Below are positions 29,192 through 37,444 of a DNA stretch of 64,000 nt, one piece after another; within the stretch, counting starts at the first letter, position 1, and each line of letters starts with the position of its first letter. The stretch lies in the NCBI GenBank assembly GCA_019747735.1, contig JAIEQL010000014.1:73013-137012 (forward strand). Reading direction: 5' to 3'. The translations under genes were made by a program, and so were the position numbers. The notes below the pieces were generated by a model that had not been told where the DNA came from, searched no databases, and was given only the letters and a program-made list of their open reading frames with translations. Source of the stretch: Chthoniobacterales bacterium. GTDB lineage: Bacteria > Verrucomicrobiota > Verrucomicrobiia > Chthoniobacterales > UBA6821.

Positions 29192-29917
29192 ATGATCAAA
29201 CGAAATCATTACTTTTGTTTTCTCAGTGCGCTTTGGCTCTTAGGATGCGCTTCGGTCAGCATTAAGAAGATTAAACATGGCGAGGCTACTCCCAGAAAGT
29301 TGCCCGAGCGCATTTATGTAGAAAAATTTAAAGCACCTAGAGCAAACTTCCATGTTAATCGCAAAGGAAAACAGCTCGAGCAACTGATCGAGGAAGAACG
29401 CACTCAGCTAGCCCAAGACCTTACGTTACGACTCACTAAATATATTGCTCCCGCTGTGCTTCTCAAAGCAGGAGAACAACCACCTCAAGGAAATTTCTGG
29501 CTTGTGAAGGGATCGTTTGAACTCGTGGAAGAAGGAAGTCGTTTGTTAAGGGCAGGAGTTGGGCTTGGGCTTGGTAAGACAAGAATGGATACGTGCGTAA
29601 CCCTAATCGACCTTTCAGAGTTCTCTTCTAAAGAGATGGAAATAATTCATACCACAGGAGGATCAGGACTTCTACCTGGTGCTGCAGCCGCATTTACTCC
29701 CATCGGTCCTTTTGTGCTTTCTACAGTGCTTGTCAACGCAGGAGGGGCTGCAGGAGGGGCTTTAGGAAGTGGTATTTCCATTGATAGTCGTCGAACTTCC
29801 CGAGAAATAGTTGCTGCTATTTCAGATTATGCCTTTCGACAAGGGCTTATCAGTAGCAACCATCACCTGCATCCTAAGTATCTCGGGGAAACGCCTCCGC
29901 TGTTTTCGGATCACTGA
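29192..29917 (+). CDS. putative lipoprotein with a glycine-zipper-like C-terminal region
   Basis: Signal peptide plus lipobox (LWLLGC). G/A-rich hydrophobic stretch GGSGLLPGAAAAF...NAGGAAGGALGSG. Confidence 0.6.
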   Translation: MIKRNHYFCFLSALWLLGCASVSIKKIKHGEATPRKLPERIYVEKFKAPRANFHVNRKGKQLEQLIEEERTQLAQDLTLRLTKYIAPAVLLKAGEQPPQGNFWLVKGSFELVEEGSRLLRAGVGLGLGKTRMDTCVTLIDLSEFSSKEMEIIHTTGGSGLLPGAAAAFTPIGPFVLSTVLVNAGGAAGGALGSGISIDSRRTSREIVAAISDYAFRQGLISSNHHLHPKYLGETPPLFSDH

Positions 29918-29942
29918 CTACAGGTTGTAGATTAAGCTTGCT

Positions 29943-30045
29943 CTTTTTCCTTAAGACTGTGTTCTCATCCTTCAGGTTCTCTTTGGATAGCCTAGAGGGT
30001 GTCTTGAAAATGAATAAAATGGCTGTAGTTTTATTTAAAATGCTC
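29943..30045. repeat. mosaic of short repeat modules W-Z-X-Y with no core
   Basis: W ctttttccttaagac recurs reverse-complemented at 61381. Z ctcatccttcagRttMtctttggatagcc recurs at 61336. X gagggtgtcttgaaaatgaataaaat is the A2/A4 left arm. Y ggctgtagttttatttaaaatgctc recurs at 44783-44808. Confidence 0.75.
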
Positions 30046-31363
30046 TAATGAATTCCAATGCCTCTTCTTTCGTCGTGATGAGGTTTTCTAACTGTGCATC
30101 CTTCACCCTTGTTAAAATTTTTCCAAACTTTGGCCCTGGTTGCATTCCTAAATCAATCAAATCTTGCCCGGTAACAAGCGGTGTTGGAATGAGTGGGGTC
30201 GCAGCAAACTCTTCTTTTTTCTGCTGAAGCAATTCGTAGTTATCCAGCATTCCATGGCTCGAGGCACAATCGACACGATGGAGTTCGAGCTCCTCTTCAA
30301 AGGTAGGTCGGGCCATCATGCGACGCAATGTTGAGAGGCGCATCTGAGTCACATCTTTAAAACTCATATGCAAGCGCACAGAAGGTACCACCCTGTCGAT
30401 GAGATCATTTGAAAAGCGAAGCCGCTGCAAGAGTCGTTGTGCCATGGTCGCTCCAAGTTGGTCATGCCCATAAAAGCTCATCTTTCCTGCCTCATTGACC
30501 TTACGCGTAGCAGGCTTGCCTATGTCATGAAAAAGAACAGAAAGAACCAGCGACAGCGAAACTTTTTTTGGAAGCATACTCAACATGAGGCGTGTATGAA
30601 CAAAGACATCTCCCTCAGGATGAAATTGGGGTGGTTGCTCACATCCCTTGAGATTTTCTATCTCTGGAAGAATTTTTTTTAACAATCCACTTTGATCGAG
30701 AAGATCAAAGCCGCGGAGACGTTGAGGACTTAAGAAAATTTTTTGTAGTTCATCTCGAATACGTTCAGCACTGACACAAAGAATCTCTGGAGCCATCTGG
30801 CAAAGAGCTTTCCAGGTCATTGGCTCTATTTTAAAATCGAGTGTTGTTGCAAAGCGAATGGCACGAAGGAGTCTCAATTTGTCTTCTTGAAAGCGCTTCA
30901 AAGGATTGCCAATAGCACAAATAATTTTTTGATCTAGATCCTCACGCCCATGCACATAATCAAAAACAGTTTTTGTAATCGGATCATAAAACAAGCCATT
31001 GATCGTGAAATCACGCCTCTTGGCATCTTCCTCTGCATTGGTAAAAGTAACTTCGGCAGGGTGGCGTCCATCCTGGTAGGTTCCATCATGGCGAAAGGTT
31101 GCCACTTGAATTTCCACCTCTTTTTTTTCCTCACTTTTTTCTAAAACAATCACGACTCCAAACTGTGCTCCCACTGGGATAGTGCGTGGAAAAAGTTTTT
31201 CAATTTCCTCAGGAAGCGCATTGGTCGCGATGTCGTAGTCATGTGGCTCCAATCCAAGAAGATGATCACGGACACACCCTCCTGCAAAGAAGGCTTCATG
31301 ACCAACTTCACGCAATTTTTTAAGAACATTGTAGGCAGCAGAAAAAACAGAAGAGCTATTCAC
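30035..31363 (-). CDS. cca: CCA-adding tRNA nucleotidyltransferase with HD domain
   Basis: GG.VRD..LG....D.D, RD.T.N and HD domain (FHDIGKP) motifs. Apparent GTG start. The last codons (..RAF*) lie inside repeat module Y. Confidence 0.88.
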   Translation of the reverse strand: MNSSSVFSAAYNVLKKLREVGHEAFFAGGCVRDHLLGLEPHDYDIATNALPEEIEKLFPRTIPVGAQFGVVIVLEKSEEKKEVEIQVATFRHDGTYQDGRHPAEVTFTNAEEDAKRRDFTINGLFYDPITKTVFDYVHGREDLDQKIICAIGNPLKRFQEDKLRLLRAIRFATTLDFKIEPMTWKALCQMAPEILCVSAERIRDELQKIFLSPQRLRGFDLLDQSGLLKKILPEIENLKGCEQPPQFHPEGDVFVHTRLMLSMLPKKVSLSLVLSVLFHDIGKPATRKVNEAGKMSFYGHDQLGATMAQRLLQRLRFSNDLIDRVVPSVRLHMSFKDVTQMRLSTLRRMMARPTFEEELELHRVDCASSHGMLDNYELLQQKKEEFAATPLIPTPLVTGQDLIDLGMQPGPKFGKILTRVKDAQLENLITTKEEALEFIRAF

Positions 31364-31385
31364 AGGGATAGAAGCGATGAGTAAA

Positions 31386-31479
31386 GGTGGCAGGATTTCA
31401 GGAAGCAGGTTACAGGCTATAAGTAAGGCCTAAAGGCAAGATTCATGAAAAAATTTCCTGCAATCTGTAACCTGCCACC
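31386..31479. repeat. long imperfect hairpin built from oligonucleotide words (ggtggcagg / caggttacag and their complements)
   Basis: ggtggcagg (31386-94) pairs with cctgccacc (31471-79). caggttacag (31406-15) pairs with ctgtaacctg (31465-74). Lies between the comM stop and the cca start. Confidence 0.7.
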
Positions 31480-31494
31480 TGAAACCCTGCAAAC

Positions 31495-33030
31495 TTATTT
31501 CCAAATTCTCCGATCTAGAGTCCGATAACTCAAGGCCTCCAAAAGATGTTCCTCTTCGATAGGAGCACTTTTGGCAAGGTCAGCGATGGTTCGAGCGACT
31601 TTTAAAATACGATCGTAGGCACGAGCACTAAAATGAAGTTCGTTGATGGCTTTTTTTAAAAGCTCATTGCCATTGGGACTCAGCTGACAATGTTGGCGAA
31701 GTTCAGTCGGTGTCATCCGAGCATTGCAAGTCGTTCTCTTTTTTTTAGAAAAGCGCTCTTGCTGTAGAACACGTGCGGCTATGACGCGTTCACGAATAAG
31801 TGCTGAAGATTCCCCTAGCTGCTTCTGGGAAAGCTCTTTGTAGGCTATTGCAGGTGCCTCGACATGAAGATCGATACGATCCAGCAAGGGTCCCGAAATA
31901 CGTTGACGATAACGCTCCAGTTGCAGAGGAGTGCAACGACATTCGCGTTTAGCATCCCCATAATAGCCGCAAGGACAGGGATTCATCGCAGCTACCAACA
32001 TAAAAGAGGCTGGAAAGGTCATGGTTCCTGCCGCCCGAGAGATAGTAACTTTGGCATCTTCTAATGGCTGGCGTAATACTTCCAGTGTTGATCGTCGAAA
32101 CTCCGGAAGCTCATCGAGAAAAAGAACTCCATGATGCGCAACGCTGATTTCTCCAGGCGTAATGTTGGTAGAACCACCGAGCAGTCCGACATCTGAAATC
32201 GTGTGATGAGGATCACGAAAAGGGCGTTGAGTCACTATTGGCTCTCCAGGGCTAAGGACGCCACAAACACTATGAACCTTCGTTGTTTCTAAAGCCTCCT
32301 CCAAAGAGAGGGGGGGCATGATAGTGGGAATACGACGCGCCATCATCGACTTTCCAGAACCAGGCGGTCCGATAAGCAAAATATTGTGGCCACCAGCAAC
32401 AGCGACTTCAATCGCTCGCTTGACCTGCTGTTGTCCTTTGATCTCCGAAAAATCAAGGTCAAACACTAACTGTTGCTTGAGGAGTAAGGCAGGATCTTCT
32501 TTTTCTGCAGAAAGTTCTTTTTGCATCGAAAGAAATTCATAGGCCTCACGCAAAGTGGCAATGCCATATACCTCGATCCCCTCCACTACTGCGGCCTCTC
32601 GTGTGTTGGCGACTGGAAGGAGGACGGCTTTTTTTCCTCGAGCTCGGGCTTCAAGGGTAAGTGGAAGAGCCCCTTTGATCGGACGCACCTCCCCAGTCAA
32701 AGCCAATTCTCCTGCAATATAGCAACGATCTAGGCGTGGCAGCTGCGCCGATTTAGCCAAAGCAATCATCCCAATGGCAATGGGTAGATCAAAATTAGGC
32801 CCTTGTTTTTTGATATCAGCGGGAGCCAAGTTCACCGTCGTGCGCGTACGCGGCCACTCATAACCGCTATTACTCACTGCCGCAATCACTCTGTCCTTAC
32901 TCTCCCGAACGATTGCATCAGGAAGCCCAACCACGATGATAGCAGGATCGCCTGACCCTGTATGGATTTCAATTTCTACCTCAGTGGCATCGATCCCAAT
33001 AACAGCAGCAGAAAAAACTTTAATGAGCAT
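31495..33030 (-). CDS. comM: Mg-chelatase-like AAA+ protein YifB/ComM
   Basis: 511 aa with an N-terminal Lon-protease-like domain, Walker [17 protein letters not shown], and a Cys cluster PCPCGY. Confidence 0.9.
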   Translation of the reverse strand: MLIKVFSAAVIGIDATEVEIEIHTGSGDPAIIVVGLPDAIVRESKDRVIAAVSNSGYEWPRTRTTVNLAPADIKKQGPNFDLPIAIGMIALAKSAQLPRLDRCYIAGELALTGEVRPIKGALPLTLEARARGKKAVLLPVANTREAAVVEGIEVYGIATLREAYEFLSMQKELSAEKEDPALLLKQQLVFDLDFSEIKGQQQVKRAIEVAVAGGHNILLIGPPGSGKSMMARRIPTIMPPLSLEEALETTKVHSVCGVLSPGEPIVTQRPFRDPHHTISDVGLLGGSTNITPGEISVAHHGVLFLDELPEFRRSTLEVLRQPLEDAKVTISRAAGTMTFPASFMLVAAMNPCPCGYYGDAKRECRCTPLQLERYRQRISGPLLDRIDLHVEAPAIAYKELSQKQLGESSALIRERVIAARVLQQERFSKKKRTTCNARMTPTELRQHCQLSPNGNELLKKAINELHFSARAYDRILKVARTIADLAKSAPIEEEHLLEALSYRTLDRRIWK

Positions 33031-33145
33031 GTGACAAAAGAACTTCCACCCGTATTTGATAACTCACCTAACGTCAAGGAGAAAAAGAAAATATGAACAT
33101 TACGAATGCGAACGCTGTCAAAAGTTAACAAATGTTAACAATATC

Positions 33146-33433
33146 ATGGTCAATACCATTTCCAACACCGTATCAACTTATCACGTGAAAGCGTTGACTC
33201 TTATTCAATATTCTTTGAGCGCAAGAGAAGCTTATCGCGGCTTTTCAGACCGAGATGTAGAACGAGAATTCCTAGCTCTGTTTGAAGAAAGGCCAAAATC
33301 AAACCTTTCCAGTAACAGTTCTTTTGCAAACAGAATCGAGCAGGTCCATACAAGAGCATTAAGACCAAAAAATTGGAAAAATAGATTTAGTCACAGCTTG
33401 CTCCTTCATCTTAATTATTTTTTTAAAGTCTAA
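33146..33433 (+). CDS. hypothetical small protein (weak call)
   Basis: 95-codon ATG ORF in the 484-nt comM/sigma spacer. I recognise no similarity, and it may be non-coding. Confidence 0.2.
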   Translation: MVNTISNTVSTYHVKALTLIQYSLSAREAYRGFSDRDVEREFLALFEERPKSNLSSNSSFANRIEQVHTRALRPKNWKNRFSHSLLLHLNYFFKV

Positions 33434-33514
33434 TAACAAAATGGTAGATACGAAATCAGGTTGAAAAAAATTGAACGTCAAACACTTTTTCCTTGTCCAA
33501 CTAACTAAAATATT

Positions 33515-34375
33515 ATGAACACCTCAACTGAAAACCATGACTCTAGCTTACAACGCTACATGCAAGATATAGCTCAATATCCCCTGCTCTCTCTAGAAAG
33601 AGAAAACGAGTTGGCAGCACTCATTAAAACTGGAGATAAAAAAGCCATTGCCGAAATGGTACGTTGTAATTTGCGTCTTGTAGTTAAAATTGCACGTGAA
33701 TATGCCAATTTTGGGGTGCCACTGCTTGACCTTATTTCTGAGGGAAACATTGGGCTTATGAAAGCAGTCAAACGTTTTGATCCTTCCAAAGGCAGCAAGC
33801 TGAGCACCTATTCTTCTTGGTGGATTAAGCAGGCCATCAAACGGGCCTTGGCCAATCAAGGTAAAACAGTGCGGCTTCCTATTCACCTTTTGGAAAAAGT
33901 TGCCAAAGTCCGCCGTGTTAATGACAGCTTGAATGAGTTTCTAGGACGTGAAGCAACCCATGAAGAAATTTCAGAAGAGATTGGAATTTCTGTTGAAAAG
34001 ATCGCTCAATTAAAATTAGCCTCTGGTTCCACTACCTCTCTTGATGCTCCTGTAAGCGAAGAAAGCTCCACCAAATTTTCAGACATGTTGAGTGACTCCA
34101 AAGCTCTCAATCCTTTTGATGAACTAGATCAAAAAGATCTCCAAGATTCCCTGCAGGAAATGATTGGAGGACTCACTCTGCGAGAACGTGAAGTCATCAA
34201 TAATCGTTTTGGATTAAACGGGGAAGAGCCCATTACTCTTGAAGAAGTAGGAAGCAAAATGGGCGTCACACGAGAACGTATTCGCCAATTACAAAACGTA
34301 GCTCTTAGCAAAATGCGCCAAGCTTTTCAAAAAAAGGAACAGATTAGATTTTATCCTGAGGTAGTGTTGGCTTAG
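33515..34375 (+). CDS. RNA polymerase sigma-70 family factor (short RpoD/RpoS-like)
   Basis: Region 2 (DLISEGNIGLMKAVKRFD...STYSSWWIKQAI), region 3 (VRLPIHLLEK) and region 4.2 (TLEEVG..MGVTRERIRQLQ). The TAG stop is formed at the junction with repeat A2. Confidence 0.9.
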   Translation: MNTSTENHDSSLQRYMQDIAQYPLLSLERENELAALIKTGDKKAIAEMVRCNLRLVVKIAREYANFGVPLLDLISEGNIGLMKAVKRFDPSKGSKLSTYSSWWIKQAIKRALANQGKTVRLPIHLLEKVAKVRRVNDSLNEFLGREATHEEISEEIGISVEKIAQLKLASGSTTSLDAPVSEESSTKFSDMLSDSKALNPFDELDQKDLQDSLQEMIGGLTLREREVINNRFGLNGEEPITLEEVGSKMGVTRERIRQLQNVALSKMRQAFQKKEQIRFYPEVVLA

Positions 34376-34515
34376 AGAGTGTCTTGAAAATGAATAAAAT
34401 TGATGCAGTACCAGGAGCGAAGCGCACAGACCCGCAGTGTATATGGACATACTCGAGGACGCGAGCACTGGAGCGACGCCGTAATGCGCAATTTTAGTCT
34501 TTTCAAGACACCCTC
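34375..34515 (+). repeat. family A palindromic element, copy A2
   Basis: 141 nt with ~38-nt imperfect arms gagagtgtcttgaaaatgaataaaattg... / ...caattttagtcttttcaagacaccctc. TTA lies on both sides (34372-74 and 34516-18). Nearly identical to A4. Confidence 0.88.
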
Positions 34516-36057
34516 TTAACCAGCCTTCGAATATTTGCGAACGGGACCTTTGCTAAAGTTTTTTTTAGCAAAACTTCCGCTCCTCTCCCCGCCTCGCCGA
34601 GCATCACCACGAAGACCTTGACTACCGCGGCCTTCTCTATCTCGACTGCGCCCTCCTCCTTCTCTTCCACCTTTGTAATTTTTGCTACGTGCGAAATGGG
34701 CATCTTCTGAATCACGATCTCGTGAGTTTGTTGATTTTTCTTTAGCTGGAAGTGAGGGAACATCTGAACAAGAGCCTAGCAAGAGCGAGAAAAGAGCTGA
34801 GGAAATATCAGTTGAGTTATGACCTGCTTCTAAAAGGCGATCCATGATAACATCATGCTTTTTAAAAGAAGCAGTTTCGAGCGTCTTAACAAGTTTCGCA
34901 TAAAGTAACTCAGCCCGCTTTCCTTCAACCTCTCCAACTGTAGGAATAACGCCTCGATGAATTTTTGTTTTGGTATAACGCTCAATAAATTGAAGTTTAT
35001 AAATGTCACGACCACTGACAAAAGTTACTGCCATTCCCTTTTTTCCAGCGCGGCCTGTACGACCAATACGATGCACATAATCTTCGGGATCGTAGGGCAA
35101 GTCGTAATTGACAACGAGCTCTAGATTATCGACATCAATACCACGCCCTGCGACATCAGTCGCCACGAGAAATTCGAATTCCGAATTTTTGAATTTGTTC
35201 ATCACTCGCGTGCGCTGCGCCTGTGGAATCCCTCCATGCAAACGATCTGTTGAAAAACCCTGGGCAAGCAATGCATCAGCCAACTCATCGACCATCCGTT
35301 GTGTGTTGCAAAAAATAATACCGAGCTTGTAACCATGAAAATCAATCAAGCGAATGAACGCTTCCGTTTTCATACGCGGTGGAACTTCATAAAACCATTG
35401 CTCTACCGTTGGCACCGTGAGTTCTTTTTGCTCAATTTTCACCATCTGAGGATGGCGTGAAAAACGATTAATCAAGTCGCGAATCGGCTTAGAGAGGGTC
35501 GCTGAAAAGAAAATGGTCTGGCGTTCTTGAGGCGTACTCTCAAGAATTTTTTGAATATCATCACGAAAACCCATATCGAGCATCCGATCAGCTTCATCAA
35601 GAATGACCATTTTCAATTGGTTCAATTTTAGAGTGCCACGCTCTAAGTGATCAATAAGACGTCCTGGCGTTCCAATGACAATTTGAACTCCTTTTTTGAG
35701 TTCGAATAATTGTCGGTCATAGGAAGCACCTCCATAAATAGGAACGCAATGAATAGAGCGTTTAAAAGCAGTCAACTTATAAACTTCGTCTGCTACTTGA
35801 GTTGCCAGCTCGCGTGTGGGACAGAGAATAAGAATTTGCACAGCTGTAATGGCAGGATCAATTTTTTCAATCGCTGGGATGGCATAAGCCGCTGTCTTGC
35901 CAGAACCTGTTTGAGACTGCCCTACCACATCAACACCTGACATCAAAATGGGGATTGCTGCGGTCTGAATCGGGGAAGCTTCCTCAAAACCGAGCTGAGC
36001 TACTGCCTTAATAATTTCTTGGGAGACTCCAAGAGCCTCAAAGGTACGTTTTTCCAT
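34516..36057 (-). CDS. DEAD-box ATP-dependent RNA helicase with an RG-rich C-terminal tail
   Basis: Q motif, GSGKT, DEAD, SAT and HRIGRTGRAG motifs. The tail reads GGREGGGRSRDREGRGSQGLRGDARRGG. Confidence 0.92.
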   Translation of the reverse strand: MEKRTFEALGVSQEIIKAVAQLGFEEASPIQTAAIPILMSGVDVVGQSQTGSGKTAAYAIPAIEKIDPAITAVQILILCPTRELATQVADEVYKLTAFKRSIHCVPIYGGASYDRQLFELKKGVQIVIGTPGRLIDHLERGTLKLNQLKMVILDEADRMLDMGFRDDIQKILESTPQERQTIFFSATLSKPIRDLINRFSRHPQMVKIEQKELTVPTVEQWFYEVPPRMKTEAFIRLIDFHGYKLGIIFCNTQRMVDELADALLAQGFSTDRLHGGIPQAQRTRVMNKFKNSEFEFLVATDVAGRGIDVDNLELVVNYDLPYDPEDYVHRIGRTGRAGKKGMAVTFVSGRDIYKLQFIERYTKTKIHRGVIPTVGEVEGKRAELLYAKLVKTLETASFKKHDVIMDRLLEAGHNSTDISSALFSLLLGSCSDVPSLPAKEKSTNSRDRDSEDAHFARSKNYKGGREGGGRSRDREGRGSQGLRGDARRGGERSGSFAKKNFSKGPVRKYSKAG

Positions 36058-36219
36058 AGTTCCAAAGCTTATCGTATTTCTGGCATAACGTCACGGTTTA
36101 TAAAAATATCAGATAAAATCCAAGCTCAAACTGAAAGATCATTTTAGTCGATCAGATCAATTACTCTTTTTACTGAGTTGGATATTGGTACTTTTTAACA
36201 ACTCTCTACTCTTTACGTC

Positions 36220-37410
36220 ATGCCTTTGATTAATCTTACAAAACAACACTACGACGTCATCATTATTGGCGGTGGTGCAGCAGGCCTTTTTTGCGCATTT
36301 CAAGCCGCTTTGCGAGGGCATCGTGTCGCTTTATTAGAACACAACGAACGTGTTGGCAAAAAAATAGAAATCTCAGGTGGAGGTCGCTGTAATTTTACAA
36401 ACATCCATGCCTCAGCAGAAAATTATCTTTCTGAAAATCCCAATTTTTGTAAATCAGCCTTGGCTCGCTATTCCCCATGGGACTTCATTGCCCTGGTTGA
36501 AAAACATCGTATTGCTTATCACGAAAAAAAATTAGGACAGCAATTTTGCGATGGTAATTCACGCGCTCTTATCGAAATGCTCTTGCGTGAATGTCAGGAA
36601 GCAGGTGTGACGCTCTTGACTTCTTGCTCTGTACAGGAGGTAAAAAAGAGCGATTATTTTGAGATCATCACACAACGAGGAACCTTCTTTTCAAAAGCTC
36701 TTGTGATCGCAACAGGTGGTCTTTCCTTTTCAAAATTAGGAGCTACTGATTTTGGATATCGCATTGCCAAGCAATTTGGCATTGCTGTGACACCGCTGCG
36801 TCCAGGATTAGTTCCTTTGACCTATATTCAAAATGATCGCTCTTTTTGCAGCAACCTAGCCGGAGTGGCTCTCCCTGTACGTGTGCAACACGAAGGTGTA
36901 AGCTTTGAAGAAGCCCTTCTCTTCACCCATCGTGGTGTGAGTGGCCCTGCAATCCTTCAAATATCTTCCTTCTGGCGTGCAGGTCAGGAGCTTTCTTTTA
37001 ACCTCCTACCATCGCAAGAGGCCACTTTGGCAGTTTTAAAAGAACGAAAAAGCAACATGCTTCTAGCAAATATACTGAGCCACCATCTTCCTCGTCGCTT
37101 TGCAGAAGCCTGGTGTGAACGGCAGTATTTCACAAAGCCTGCAGCACATTATTCAGAGCAAGAGTTTCAAAAAATGCTCAACTTACTCCATTGTTGGCCA
37201 CTCCCTTTTTCTGGCACAGAAGGGTACCCCAAAGCCGAAGTCACACTGGGTGGGGTTTCTACTAGTGAGCTCTCTTCAAAAACCATGGAAGCACGTCAAG
37301 TTCCAGGGCTTTATTTTATAGGAGAAGTCGTCGATGTCACCGGATGGTTGGGTGGTTACAATTTTCAATGGGCTTGGGCTAGTGCTCATGCCGCTGCGGA
37401 GGCTTTGTGA
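36220..37410 (+). CDS. yhiN: NAD(P)/FAD-dependent oxidoreductase, HI0933/YhiN (BaiN-like) family
   Basis: YDVIIIGGGAAGLF, SGGGRCNFTN, and a C-terminal GG(Y)NFQWAW motif. Confidence 0.85.
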   Translation: MPLINLTKQHYDVIIIGGGAAGLFCAFQAALRGHRVALLEHNERVGKKIEISGGGRCNFTNIHASAENYLSENPNFCKSALARYSPWDFIALVEKHRIAYHEKKLGQQFCDGNSRALIEMLLRECQEAGVTLLTSCSVQEVKKSDYFEIITQRGTFFSKALVIATGGLSFSKLGATDFGYRIAKQFGIAVTPLRPGLVPLTYIQNDRSFCSNLAGVALPVRVQHEGVSFEEALLFTHRGVSGPAILQISSFWRAGQELSFNLLPSQEATLAVLKERKSNMLLANILSHHLPRRFAEAWCERQYFTKPAAHYSEQEFQKMLNLLHCWPLPFSGTEGYPKAEVTLGGVSTSELSSKTMEARQVPGLYFIGEVVDVTGWLGGYNFQWAWASAHAAAEAL

Positions 37411-37444
37411 GAATGTGCATTAGTTCTCACTTTTTTTCTTTTTC

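Noticed and set aside
33056-33145. Longer 125-aa version of the ORF in the comM/sigma spacer
   Set aside because: It begins at a non-ATG codon right at the comM start region. Even the shorter ATG version is only a weak call.
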